64,000 nt of DNA, taken from the NCBI GenBank assembly GCA_043827405.1, contig JBDRPD010000054.1:64001-128000 (forward strand), given 5' to 3'. The notes below the pieces were generated by a model. The model did no database searches and was not told the origin of the DNA. It worked only from the letters and a program-made list of their open reading frames with translations. This DNA is from Elusimicrobiota bacterium. Its GTDB lineage: Bacteria > Elusimicrobiota > Elusimicrobia > UBA1565. How positions within the stretch are numbered: the stretch's first letter is position 1; every line of letters begins with the position of its first letter. The position numbers and the translations under genes are program-made. Positions 10,279 through 19,539 of the stretch are shown here, in pieces.

Positions 10279-11577
10279 ATGGCACTTTTCTCGCAGCGCA
10301 CATCCAAGATCGACACGGAGAACGCCTTCAAGATCGGCCCCCATATCGTCAAGGTGGAGGGTTCCGGCAAGAAGGTCGTGAAGTTCAACCTTGGAGAACC
10401 GGACTTCGACCTGCCGAAGTATATCGGCGACGAGATCAAGCGGCAGATTGATCTGGGCAATACCCACTACTGCGACCCCCAGGGCATCCCGACCCTGCGC
10501 AAGACGCTGGCCGCGCACCTGACCAAGAGCCGCGGCATCACCGTTACCCCGGACCGGATCGTCGTCTTCCCCGGCGGCAAGCCGCCTATCGGGCTGTGCC
10601 AGCAGGCATACTGCGATCCGGGCGACGAGGTCATCTATCCCAGCCCGGGCTTCCCGATCTATGAGTCGTTCATCCGCTACGTGGATGCGGTCCCGGTGCC
10701 CCTGCACCTTAAGGAAGAGCTCGGCTTTTCCTTCACCGGCGATGACCTGGCTCCGCTGATCACGCCCAAGACCAAGCTCATCATCCTGAACTTCCCGTCC
10801 AATCCGACCGGCGGCGTGGCGACCCGGGAGCAGCTGGAGGGGATCGCCAAGGTGATCGAGGAGAAGTGCAGCCCCGACGTCCGCGTCTACTCGGACGAGA
10901 TCTATGAGCACATTCTGTTCGACGGCTCCAAGCACATCTCGATCGCCGCCATCGGCGGCATGGCCAAGCGCACGGTGATCGCCAGCGGCCATTCCAAGTC
11001 CTTCGCCTGGACCGGCGGCCGCGTCGGCTATGCGGCGTTTCCGACCGTGGAGGAGGCGCAGGTCTTCAAGAACCTCAACATCAACTACTTCTCCTGCATC
11101 CCGCCCTACAACCAGGAGGCGGCCCGCGTCGCGCTGGAGTCCCCGGAGTGCGATGTCGAGGTCGGCAAGATGGTGCGGGCCTTCGAGGAGCGGCGCGACT
11201 ACGTGGTGCCGGCGCTCAACGCCATCGAAGGCATCAAGTGCCAGAATCCCAAGGGGGCGTTCTATGTCTTCCCCAACATCTCCGGCATCTGCGAGCAGCT
11301 CGGAGCCTTCGAGCTCTTCAAGGGACTGCCCGACGACCTGCGCAAGAAGCTGAGCCCGTCGACGCTGTTCCAGATGTTCCTGCTCTACGAGTACGGCGTC
11401 GCCACCATGGACCGCAAGTCCTTCGGTAAAATCGGCGCGGAGAATTGTCATTATCTGCGCCTGTCGATCGCCAATAAGCTCGAGGAGCTCAAGGAAGGAA
11501 TCGCGCTCATCGAGAAGGCCTCGCAGGACGAAGACGGCTTCGCCGCCTTCGTCAAAAAAGGCGAGAACCTGATCTAG
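10279..11577 (+). CDS. PLP-dependent aminotransferase class I/II (aspartate aminotransferase-like)
   Basis: GEPDF, NFPSNPTG, SDEIY, SKSFAWTGGRVG (PLP lysine), GAFYVFP; SD ggagga. Confidence 0.92.
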   Translation: MALFSQRTSKIDTENAFKIGPHIVKVEGSGKKVVKFNLGEPDFDLPKYIGDEIKRQIDLGNTHYCDPQGIPTLRKTLAAHLTKSRGITVTPDRIVVFPGGKPPIGLCQQAYCDPGDEVIYPSPGFPIYESFIRYVDAVPVPLHLKEELGFSFTGDDLAPLITPKTKLIILNFPSNPTGGVATREQLEGIAKVIEEKCSPDVRVYSDEIYEHILFDGSKHISIAAIGGMAKRTVIASGHSKSFAWTGGRVGYAAFPTVEEAQVFKNLNINYFSCIPPYNQEAARVALESPECDVEVGKMVRAFEERRDYVVPALNAIEGIKCQNPKGAFYVFPNISGICEQLGAFELFKGLPDDLRKKLSPSTLFQMFLLYEYGVATMDRKSFGKIGAENCHYLRLSIANKLEELKEGIALIEKASQDEDGFAAFVKKGENLI

Positions 11578-11718
11578 GGCGCGGGCGCACAGCGTTCATC
11601 CATAGATAAAAACTATGCGTTGAGTGTTGTTAGGTGGTGTCTTTTCGCATAGAAGGGTCTTCCTCCGTATCTTTCGATTACTGTAACCGCAGGTGTGCGC
11701 TCCGCGCGCTTTTCCCGC

Positions 11719-11747
11719 TTGACGGGAAATCAAGGCGGGCGTATACT
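11719..11747 (+). promoter_or_regulatory. Sigma70-type promoter
   Basis: TTGACG-17 nt-TATACT; the -35 is embedded in the inverted repeat tttcccg/cgggaaa. Confidence 0.7.
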
Positions 11748-11770
11748 GCTCAATCGTTACAGGGGGAAGC

Positions 11771-12439
11771 ATGGACCAAGGCAGGAAACCCTTCAAGCTC
11801 GCACTCATCTCAACGCACGGAACCGGAAAGACCACGCTGTCGTTTGATGTCGCGGCCCAGCTCAAGAAGCGGGGTCTGAAGGTTAAGGTTTTTTCCGAGA
11901 TCGCCGCGCGCGCCTGTGAGATGGGCATTCCGATTAACGAAGGGACGACCCTGCCCGCCCAGCTCTACATCCTCTTGCAGCATATGTGCGAAGAACTGCG
12001 CGGCGCGATCCGCGGCTACGAAGTCGTGATCTGCGACCGCAGCGTGTTCGACAACTGGATTTACCTTGAGCGGCGGTGCGGGCGCGATGACAACGGCTAC
12101 ATCATCGATTTTATCCGCATGTATGCCGACCAGTTTCCGTACGACGCCATCTATAAGCTTCCCTTGGTCGGCGATCTCGTGGACGACGGCATCCGCGAAG
12201 TATTCAGCAAGGACTTCCAGGAGGACGTATACTCCCGGCTCAATAACCTGCTGACCGATCTGCGCGTCCAGCATAAAACCCTGCCGATGCCGACCTCTGT
12301 GCTCAGGAGCGAATGGTGCGACCTCATCGTCGAAGAGACCATGGCCAGCCTGCAGCAGCGAGGGGCCGGCGCAATTAACGGCCGGCGCTTCACCCTGGAG
12401 AAGACCAGCGGGAAGGCCGTTCCCGTCTCTCACGTCTAA
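11771..12439 (+). CDS. P-loop NTPase/kinase, AAA_28 (NadR/thymidylate-kinase-like) family
   Basis: Walker A STHGTGKTT; VICDRSVFD motif. Confidence 0.75.
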   Translation: MDQGRKPFKLALISTHGTGKTTLSFDVAAQLKKRGLKVKVFSEIAARACEMGIPINEGTTLPAQLYILLQHMCEELRGAIRGYEVVICDRSVFDNWIYLERRCGRDDNGYIIDFIRMYADQFPYDAIYKLPLVGDLVDDGIREVFSKDFQEDVYSRLNNLLTDLRVQHKTLPMPTSVLRSEWCDLIVEETMASLQQRGAGAINGRRFTLEKTSGKAVPVSHV

Positions 12440-12502
12440 GCGGCCGCCCAATTTTGCAGAATATCCTACCGGGGCGCCGGTTCGCCCTAGGAGGGCGGCT
12501 AT

Positions 12503-13528
12503 ATGAAGGCGCTGGTAAAGAAGCATGCGAAGGAAGGGCTATGGCTCGATGATGTCCCCGAGCCCGAGGTTTCCGAAAACGACGTTCTGATCCGCATCAA
12601 GAAAACCGCCATTTGCGGGACCGATGTCCATATCTACGAGTGGGATGCCTGGGCGCAGAAGAATATTCCCGTAGGGCTGCATGTCGGCCACGAGTTCGTG
12701 GGCGAGGTGATCGAGATCGGCAAGGCCGTCAAAGGCGTGGAGGTCGGCCAGCGGGTTTCCGGCGAGGGGCATGTGGTTTGCGGCCACTGCCGCAATTGCC
12801 GCGCCGGGAAGCGGCACCTATGCCGCAATACGCAGGGCGTGGGCGTCAACCGCGCGGGGGCTTTCGCCGAGCGGCTGTCGATTCCCGCGAGCAATGTGTT
12901 TCCTATTCCCGACGGGATATCGGATGAGGAAGCCTCTATTCTGGATCCGCTCGGCAATGCCGTGCATACGGCTTTGTCCTTCGATCTGGTGGGCGAAGAT
13001 GTGCTGGTAACGGGCGCGGGTCCGATCGGCATTATGGGCGCCGTGGTCGCTCGTCACGCCGGCGCCCGCCACGTGGTTATTACCGATATCAACGATTACC
13101 GTTTGCAGCTGGCGAAGAAGCTCGGCGTCCAGCGCGTCGTGGACTCGCGCAGCGAAAAGCTCGCCGCGGTGATGCGGGAGCTCGGTATGACCGAGGGGTT
13201 TGACATCGGCCTCGAGATGTCGGGCGCGGCGCCGGCATTCCGCGATATGATCGCGGCGCTTAAGCATGGCAGCAAGATCGCGCTGCTCGGCATTCTCCCC
13301 GATGAAACGGGCGTCTCGTGGAGCCAGGTCATCTTCAAAGGGCTTATTATCAAAGGCATCTACGGCCGCGAGATGTACGAGACCTGGTATAAGATGTGCG
13401 CCATGCTGCAGAGCGGTCTTAATATCAAGCCGATCATCACCCATCGTTTTTCTTACGAGCAGTACGAGGAAGGCTTCGCGGTGATGCGCGCCGGCAAGTC
13501 CGGCAAGGTCATCCTGGATTGGGAGTAA
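12503..13528 (+). CDS. tdh: L-threonine 3-dehydrogenase
   Basis: [25 protein letters not shown]n site, [15 protein letters not shown]. Confidence 0.97.
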   Translation: MKALVKKHAKEGLWLDDVPEPEVSENDVLIRIKKTAICGTDVHIYEWDAWAQKNIPVGLHVGHEFVGEVIEIGKAVKGVEVGQRVSGEGHVVCGHCRNCRAGKRHLCRNTQGVGVNRAGAFAERLSIPASNVFPIPDGISDEEASILDPLGNAVHTALSFDLVGEDVLVTGAGPIGIMGAVVARHAGARHVVITDINDYRLQLAKKLGVQRVVDSRSEKLAAVMRELGMTEGFDIGLEMSGAAPAFRDMIAALKHGSKIALLGILPDETGVSWSQVIFKGLIIKGIYGREMYETWYKMCAMLQSGLNIKPIITHRFSYEQYEEGFAVMRAGKSGKVILDWE

Positions 13529-13589
13529 ATGCAAAAAACATAAATTTCCCTAAGGTACTAGAGGCCGCCGTCAGGCGACCCAAAGACGA

Positions 13590-13656
13590 TAGGACTATTT
13601 TCTTTAGTGTTTTTAGGGCCTTTTCCTTTGTTAGCGGTCTCTGAGCTCCCTATAAT
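13590..13656 (+). promoter_or_regulatory. Degenerate paired operator half-sites plus -10 box upstream of the 13683 gene
   Basis: Left half-sites TAGGAC (13590) and AGGGCC (13615), 25 nt apart; TATAAT at 13651-13656. Confidence 0.4.
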
Positions 13657-13682
13657 TCCCTTATGAAAGGAAAGGGGGAATT

Positions 13683-14231
13683 ATGAATAGAATCATCATT
13701 TTAACGGCACTTTGCGCTATTTTTGCAGCTCCAGCAGGAGCTGAAGAGCCGGCCGGACCGGTAGGCGAGCCCTTTTCGGTCGCTGCCGTTGAGTCGTTTA
13801 AGCACCCCACCTGCGAGATCATGCCTTGGGGCGTGCTTACCGCAGTGCAGGTCAAAAAAACCGTCAACTACTCCTGGGACGAGGAGCTCGACATCAAGGC
13901 GCTGTTTGCGGCCAAGGGCTACCGCTCAAGCGGGAAGCTGGTGTCTACCGACAAGCTGCCGGAGGGAGCGCTCTTTACCTATATGGTGACTTCGGTCGGC
14001 AAGGAGACGAGGTTCTTCCGCACGCAGTATCTCGGCTTCACCATCATCCATATCCGCGTGAAGGACAGCTCCACCGAGGGGGGCTCGCGCATTCTCTTCC
14101 AATATAAGCCGCCGACCAGCATGATGCAGAGCGATCCCCATGACATAACGGGGGCGCAGGTGAACTCGATTCGAGTCGCGCTGCGCGGCATCCCGAACTG
14201 CGAAGCGGAGAAGACCCCGCCGCAGGACTAG
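13683..14231 (+). CDS. Secreted hypothetical protein
   Basis: Signal peptide ending AGA, SD aggggg; two Cys near the ends of the mature domain. Confidence 0.7.
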   Translation: MNRIIILTALCAIFAAPAGAEEPAGPVGEPFSVAAVESFKHPTCEIMPWGVLTAVQVKKTVNYSWDEELDIKALFAAKGYRSSGKLVSTDKLPEGALFTYMVTSVGKETRFFRTQYLGFTIIHIRVKDSSTEGGSRILFQYKPPTSMMQSDPHDITGAQVNSIRVALRGIPNCEAEKTPPQD

Positions 14232-14235
14232 CAGG

Positions 14236-15123
14236 CTACCTCTTGGGGCAGGGGCAATTCCCGCCGAATGTTTTCTGCGTCTGCAGGCAGATCGAGGCGG
14301 TTATAACCGCTCCGCAGCGGCAGCCGTCGGCCAGAAATGACTGCTGCCGGCTCCGGCATTCCATTACCTCGTCCCGCTTGGCTTGAATCGCCGCCCGCTC
14401 CGCTTCTTTTTTCTCCTCCAGCTCTCTTAGGGCCGCGTTGCGCATGGACGCATCGACGCGGTCCCGCGCCAGCTTCACGTCCGCCTCATGCTTGGCTTCG
14501 GCGTAGCCGAGAATTTTATTGACCCGCGCTTTGTCGGCGCCCAGCGCTCCGACCACTTCCTTGAAGTCGGCCGGCGCTTTGCCCTCTTTCATCGCGGGGA
14601 CATGGTCCGCGAGGTAGTTGACGGTCGCTTTTTCATATGCGTCGGTCAGCGCCGCCTTGTCTTTGGCGGGCAGGTCGAGGCGCATCGCCGCCTGGTAGCG
14701 CTGCGGGTAGCTCTTCGGATCGAAGCGGAAGGTCTGCAGATCGCGCCGGAGGTCGTAGGCGTCAGCCTCCCTCTTCTGCGCGTTGGCCGCGGCGGATTTC
14801 TCGCGCAGGCGGCAGGCGGCCTCCAACCCTTTCTTGATGAAGCGCGGCTGACAGGCCATCTGCGCCGTTCCTCCGCCCATGCGCATGGTGTAGGTGCATG
14901 TCCCGTCCTTCTCGACCGTCAGGCCGGCATTTTCCACCGCTATCCATTCCTGTTTCGTGAGATCGAGTTTATGGAATATGCCGCCGGTTAGGTCGGCGTC
15001 CTGCTGCGCAGCCTGACACGGGTCTTTGGGCGGGGCCTTGCCCGCATGCGCCGGGCGCACGGCGAGGGAGAACAGAACGGACGCGCTCAAAATCCAGACA
15101 GCGAAGCATTTGCTGCGGGCCAT
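14236..15123 (-). CDS. Secreted Cys-rich hypothetical protein
   Basis: Signal peptide (AHA), coiled-coil core, Cys-rich termini; SD ggagg. Confidence 0.65.
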   Translation of the reverse strand: MARSKCFAVWILSASVLFSLAVRPAHAGKAPPKDPCQAAQQDADLTGGIFHKLDLTKQEWIAVENAGLTVEKDGTCTYTMRMGGGTAQMACQPRFIKKGLEAACRLREKSAAANAQKREADAYDLRRDLQTFRFDPKSYPQRYQAAMRLDLPAKDKAALTDAYEKATVNYLADHVPAMKEGKAPADFKEVVGALGADKARVNKILGYAEAKHEADVKLARDRVDASMRNAALRELEEKKEAERAAIQAKRDEVMECRSRQQSFLADGCRCGAVITASICLQTQKTFGGNCPCPKR

Positions 15124-15186
15124 GGCGGCCTCCACAATACGGCGGATTGTGCTCCGGTATTTAGTTTAGCAGAAGAACTTGACGTG

Positions 15187-15567
15187 TCAAGAGGCGGGGG
15201 CGGCGCAGTGGGGGTGCTCGTCGCAGACGGAGGCGTCGTGCAGGCGTTCAAGCTTGCCGGCGTGCAGGAGGCGCAGGTTCTCCTTTACCGTATCCGTTTC
15301 GGCGGCATAGACGGGGATGCCCGCGGTTCCCAGGCGCTGCAGCCCTTTGCGGCCGATCTCCTTGGTGATCAGGCAGCCCGCGCCGCATTCGATCAGCGTA
15401 CTGGCCGGGCCGCAGAGGCCTTGCGCCTGCCTCCGGTCGGAGTTCAATACCTGGGTGACCTTGCTCTGCTCCCAGTTGATCACCAGAAACATTTCCGCCG
15501 CGCCGAAATGCTCGCATAGCCGGCTGCTTAAGCCCTTGTCATGTTCTACAGGGAAAAATACACGCAT
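15187..15567 (-). CDS. NifB/NifX family iron-molybdenum cofactor-binding domain protein
   Basis: EHFGAAEMFLV and IGRKG..L...GIPVY motifs; His/Cys-rich tail. Confidence 0.85.
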   Translation of the reverse strand: MRVFFPVEHDKGLSSRLCEHFGAAEMFLVINWEQSKVTQVLNSDRRQAQGLCGPASTLIECGAGCLITKEIGRKGLQRLGTAGIPVYAAETDTVKENLRLLHAGKLERLHDASVCDEHPHCAAPAS

Positions 15568-15682
15568 AGTTCCTCCGCCGGGGTGAGGGGGAGAATTCTC
15601 CGAATACGTTAAGGTCTTGGGCTTGCGCTGTCTATGGCATATGTCAATAAACCGGTTCGTGAATTAACTACACTAGGGATGC

Positions 15683-17485
15683 ATGACCGAGCGCTGGTTC
15701 GCCTATATCGATAAAAAGCTGCAGGGGCCGTATACGGCGCAAGAGCTTAAAGCGCTTCCCGGATTCGGCCCGGATACCGAGGTCACTTTATCCGACCACG
15801 AGGAATTTTGGCTGCCCGCCAAAAAGGATAAGGTCCTTAGTAAGCTGTTCGCGGCGCCGGCCGCCAGGAAGGAATGCCGAACCGCCGGGGCGGACAAGCG
15901 ATACGTCGTCTGCCCGCAATGCGGCGCCGGGATGGAGCTGGAGGCGGGTCGGCACCGGACGCATTGCGCCTACTGCGAGTCGCCGCTTACTTTCGAGAAA
16001 GGCAAGGGGACGGGGGGAGTGCTCGTCGCCGCCGACTGTCCTTCCTGCGGCGGCATGGTGCAGTATCCCGAAGACTCGCGCACCGCGCACTGCGCCTACT
16101 GCGACGCCTATCTCGTCATTCTGGGCAGCAACCGTCTTTACCGCTTCTACGCGCCGGCCCGCATTACGCGGGACCAGGCAGCGGCCGAAGCGCGCGCAGG
16201 ACTGCGCGGTTGGACGCCGGAGGATGTCGACAGCGCGCTGCAATTGAACTATGTCCCGTATTGGCGTTATCACGCCATGGTCTTCTACTGGAACATCGGC
16301 CTCAAGACCCAGGATATCCCGGGCTTCCGTGCCGAGGACCTCAGCGGCGAGGAGATCCAGAGTATGGGCGGCCTGGTCCCCGGCAGCGGCAAGATCAAGG
16401 AGCGGATGCGCGATTTTCGTTCGCGGCGGCTGGACCGCAGCATGCGCGCCGCGAGTGAGCCGCTGGGCTATCCTGGCGCGGGTGACCGCGTGAGCCGCCT
16501 GCCGCTGCGGCCTTACAGCCGCGATGAGATGCTCCGAGACGGCGAGATCCTGCACGTCGTGGTCACGCGCGAAGAGGCCGAGAAGGCGATCGGCGTGACC
16601 GCCTATGAGGGGTTCAAGGACGATACGCTTATTCAGGAGTTGGAGCATGGAGCAATTCTTAATGGAAGGCTGTCGGTCGTCTACCTGCCGTTCTGGACGG
16701 TGGATGACGAGAAGGGCCGGCACCTGGTGCTGGATGGGATAGAAGGGCATGCGGTGAAGCCTTACGGCGCGTCCGCCGAACTGGCCGGGCGGCCGCCGGT
16801 GGAAGACGGCGCCGCGCCTCCCAAGTGCGTGCTGGCTCAGTGCGCCCGCTGCGGCGGCGAGCTGAAGATCCAGAACTTCCAAGTCTTGTTTCTCTGCCCC
16901 GACTGTCAGCGGGTATGGCGCATCGCGGGTGACCGTCTGGTCGAGCAGAGCTTCCGCCTGGTCGAGCCCGCCGCCAAGTATCGTGCTGGACTAGCCGCGG
17001 GGCTCTACATGCCCGTATGGCGGCTGCGCGTCACGCTGAAATCCGGCGCGCGCGCGATCGCCGACCAGCAGGCGCTGCGCGAGCTGGTCCCGGACACCGT
17101 TTATACCCGGATAGCCAAGGACCCGGGCAAGCCCGTATATCTCTACATTCAGGGCTGGGGCAATATGGTCTACCCGCGGCTGAGCAAGGTGCCGCAGCGC
17201 TACACCCGCCGGCAGCCGGAACTGGAGTTCGCGGAGAAGGGCTCTTTCGGCGCGGTCGTGCGCGCGGTCTACGGGCCGGAAGGCGTGCGGCGCATGCCCA
17301 TGCTGATGCTGCTCGGCGTCGCCCACCTGCGCAAAAGCGTCATCGAGACGCTGCGCGGCATGGAGATCGAGATAGCGGAGACGGAACTGCTCTTGATCCC
17401 CTGCGTCGAAAAGCACGGCCAGTACATCGAGAGCCTGCTGGGCATCGCCGTGGGCAAGCCGGAGTTCAGCGAAGCGCGGCGCTGA
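15683..17485 (+). CDS. GYF_2 (DUF4339-like) domain protein with multiple zinc ribbons
   Basis: N-terminal WF...QGPY...L; CPQCG/CAYC, CPSCG/CAYC and CARCG/CPDC pairs; YVPYW, YLPFW and YMPVW repeats. Confidence 0.7.
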   Translation: MTERWFAYIDKKLQGPYTAQELKALPGFGPDTEVTLSDHEEFWLPAKKDKVLSKLFAAPAARKECRTAGADKRYVVCPQCGAGMELEAGRHRTHCAYCESPLTFEKGKGTGGVLVAADCPSCGGMVQYPEDSRTAHCAYCDAYLVILGSNRLYRFYAPARITRDQAAAEARAGLRGWTPEDVDSALQLNYVPYWRYHAMVFYWNIGLKTQDIPGFRAEDLSGEEIQSMGGLVPGSGKIKERMRDFRSRRLDRSMRAASEPLGYPGAGDRVSRLPLRPYSRDEMLRDGEILHVVVTREEAEKAIGVTAYEGFKDDTLIQELEHGAILNGRLSVVYLPFWTVDDEKGRHLVLDGIEGHAVKPYGASAELAGRPPVEDGAAPPKCVLAQCARCGGELKIQNFQVLFLCPDCQRVWRIAGDRLVEQSFRLVEPAAKYRAGLAAGLYMPVWRLRVTLKSGARAIADQQALRELVPDTVYTRIAKDPGKPVYLYIQGWGNMVYPRLSKVPQRYTRRQPELEFAEKGSFGAVVRAVYGPEGVRRMPMLMLLGVAHLRKSVIETLRGMEIEIAETELLLIPCVEKHGQYIESLLGIAVGKPEFSEARR

Positions 17486-17555
17486 CCGCTCGCGGGTAAT
17501 TTTTTGGTATAGAGCCCTTGCCAAGAGGCCGCGCATCCCGCATGCTATTGATGTA

Positions 17556-19022
17556 ATGCGACCACCGAGAAGCATGCTCGTGAGCGCCGTTCTGCTTATC
17601 GCCGGTCCGGCATGCGCCGGCGGTTCCGATGTCGCTCTTATCACCGCGGCGCTGCATTTACGGCAAAGAACATACAACGCCGATCAGGTGGTCGAGGATA
17701 TCGACAAGCAGGTGCTGCAGGACCTGTACACCGCACAGTCGGCCCAGGGCGTGCTGACCGATATTCACGTCGCGCTCAGCGGGATATCTCCCGACAGCAC
17801 CCGCTATTTCGGGGGGCTGGGGCCGGAGCTGTTCGCCGCGCGGCAGAAAATCGAAGGGGGCGTCGGTGCTCTGGCCGGCGCGCCGGGCGACTGCAAAACC
17901 GGCTCGCTCGCGCAATGGCAGCTCGCCGTCGACGGGCGCCGCCGCATACAGGATGCCGTGGCGCTCGCCGCCCGGGCGCGAACGCGGGTCCGGCGCTTGC
18001 AGGAGCTGGAGGAACGACTCGCGTCGCAGGTCAGCGAGCAGCGCCGCCGCGGCGATTCCCAGTTCGTCCGCCTGGAGCGTCTGCGGCAGGACTATAAGCG
18101 GGCGATAGAGCGTATCGCCGCGCATCTCGACTCCGGGCTGGGTGCGGCGGCTCTGCGCGCGATAAATGTCGCCGGCAAGCCTGACTGCGCGGAGGCGAAA
18201 GAGCTTTATCGGATGTCCACAACCGCGGGCATCGGCGCCGGCCGCGGCGGGGCGCAAAACGGCGAAAGCGCCGCGGCGGGAACCGTCCCGGTATCCGCGG
18301 GCGGGGGCGTCTCCTCCGCTCTTTTGCCGCGCGCACCGACCGAGAGTTCCTGGGTCGACAATCGGGTGACGGGCGCGGTGAGTACGGGGAAGACGCTTTC
18401 GGCCCTGGAGGCCTACGAGAAAAACACCTACGGCTCCTCTTACCCCATCTTAAGCCGTGAGGATTGGGGCGCGCGGACGATGAAGCGGGCGCCGAAGAAG
18501 CATAACCCCAACCGCATGACCGTGCATCATACCGTGGGGCATCAGGCGATCAGCCGGGCGGACGCCGTGCGGAGCATAAAAGGCGCCCAGAACTTCCATA
18601 TGGATACGCGCGGCTGGAACGATATCGGCTACCACTTCCTCGTCGACGGAGCCGGCCGCGTTTTTGAGGGCGTGCCGGTCGATGTCGTCGGCACCCATGT
18701 CGGCAACAATAATACCGGCAATATCGGCATGTCGCTGATGGGAAACTTCGAAGTGCAGAAGCCGACGACCGATCAGCTGGGCAGCCTCGAACGCCTGGCG
18801 TCGTTTTTAACCGTTCGCTATCACATCGACGCCGCCAATAAGCTGCTGCCGCATCGGCACTATAATGCCACGGCATGTCCCGGACGCAACGTGGTCGCCG
18901 TTCTCTCCTGGTTCCGGATGCAGGTGGCGCGGCGGGCCGGCGTCCTGTCCGGCCAGCTCCTGGCGCAGAGCGGTGCGGACGAGGGGTTTATTCCCCTCGT
19001 TGTCGTCCAGCCCCGGACCTAG
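17556..19022 (+). CDS. Secreted N-acetylmuramoyl-L-alanine amidase (PGRP/Amidase_2) with long N-terminal helical region
   Basis: SREDWGA, VHHT, GWNDIGYHFLV, HRHYNATACPG (Zn ligands intact). Confidence 0.85.
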   Translation: MRPPRSMLVSAVLLIAGPACAGGSDVALITAALHLRQRTYNADQVVEDIDKQVLQDLYTAQSAQGVLTDIHVALSGISPDSTRYFGGLGPELFAARQKIEGGVGALAGAPGDCKTGSLAQWQLAVDGRRRIQDAVALAARARTRVRRLQELEERLASQVSEQRRRGDSQFVRLERLRQDYKRAIERIAAHLDSGLGAAALRAINVAGKPDCAEAKELYRMSTTAGIGAGRGGAQNGESAAAGTVPVSAGGGVSSALLPRAPTESSWVDNRVTGAVSTGKTLSALEAYEKNTYGSSYPILSREDWGARTMKRAPKKHNPNRMTVHHTVGHQAISRADAVRSIKGAQNFHMDTRGWNDIGYHFLVDGAGRVFEGVPVDVVGTHVGNNNTGNIGMSLMGNFEVQKPTTDQLGSLERLASFLTVRYHIDAANKLLPHRHYNATACPGRNVVAVLSWFRMQVARRAGVLSGQLLAQSGADEGFIPLVVVQPRT

Positions 19023-19537
19023 CGCTCGATCGCCAGAATCTCGACTTCGAAGGTCAGGTCCTTCCCGGCATAGGGATGGTTGAAGTCGAGCGTCGCGCTG
19101 GCGCTCCCGACCGCGACCACCGCGGCCGACTCCAGGCGTCCGCCCTGCATGCCGTGGACCTTGCCGCCCGGCTTTAGGTGCTGCGCCTGTTCGCCGAAGC
19201 GCGCGAGCGGGACGCTGCGGACCGCGTCGGGATCGCGGAGGCCATAGCCGCTTAGCGCGGGGACCTGAACCGTCTTTTTCTCTCCGGGCCGCAGTCCGAG
19301 CAGGGCTTCGTCCAGTCCCGGCACCAAATCTCCCGCTCCCTGCACTACCGTCATCGGCTCGCGGCCGTGGGTTGTATCAACGGGCTTCCCGTCCGCCGCG
19401 GCCGAGAAGTGCAAGCGGACGGTCGAGCCCGGGTGAACCGCCCGTCTCGTTTGTCCGTACTTGATCAGAAACGCGGATGCCGCGGCGAAAAGGATCGCGC
19501 CGATGATCCAGGGCCATAGTGAGCGGCGAGTGGACAT
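19019..19537 (-). CDS. FKBP-type peptidyl-prolyl isomerase (SlyD/SlpA-like) with N-terminal TM anchor
   Basis: LVPGLDEALLG, GYG, DFNHPYAGKDLTFEVE; start taken at MSTRRSLW. Confidence 0.85.
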   Translation of the reverse strand: MSTRRSLWPWIIGAILFAAASAFLIKYGQTRRAVHPGSTVRLHFSAAADGKPVDTTHGREPMTVVQGAGDLVPGLDEALLGLRPGEKKTVQVPALSGYGLRDPDAVRSVPLARFGEQAQHLKPGGKVHGMQGGRLESAAVVAVGSASATLDFNHPYAGKDLTFEVEILAIER

Positions 19538-19539
19538 GG

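Noticed and set aside
15187..15567. NifX-like gene as evidence of nitrogen fixation
   Set aside because: No nif structural genes are present; this stand-alone domain is common in non-diazotrophic anaerobes.
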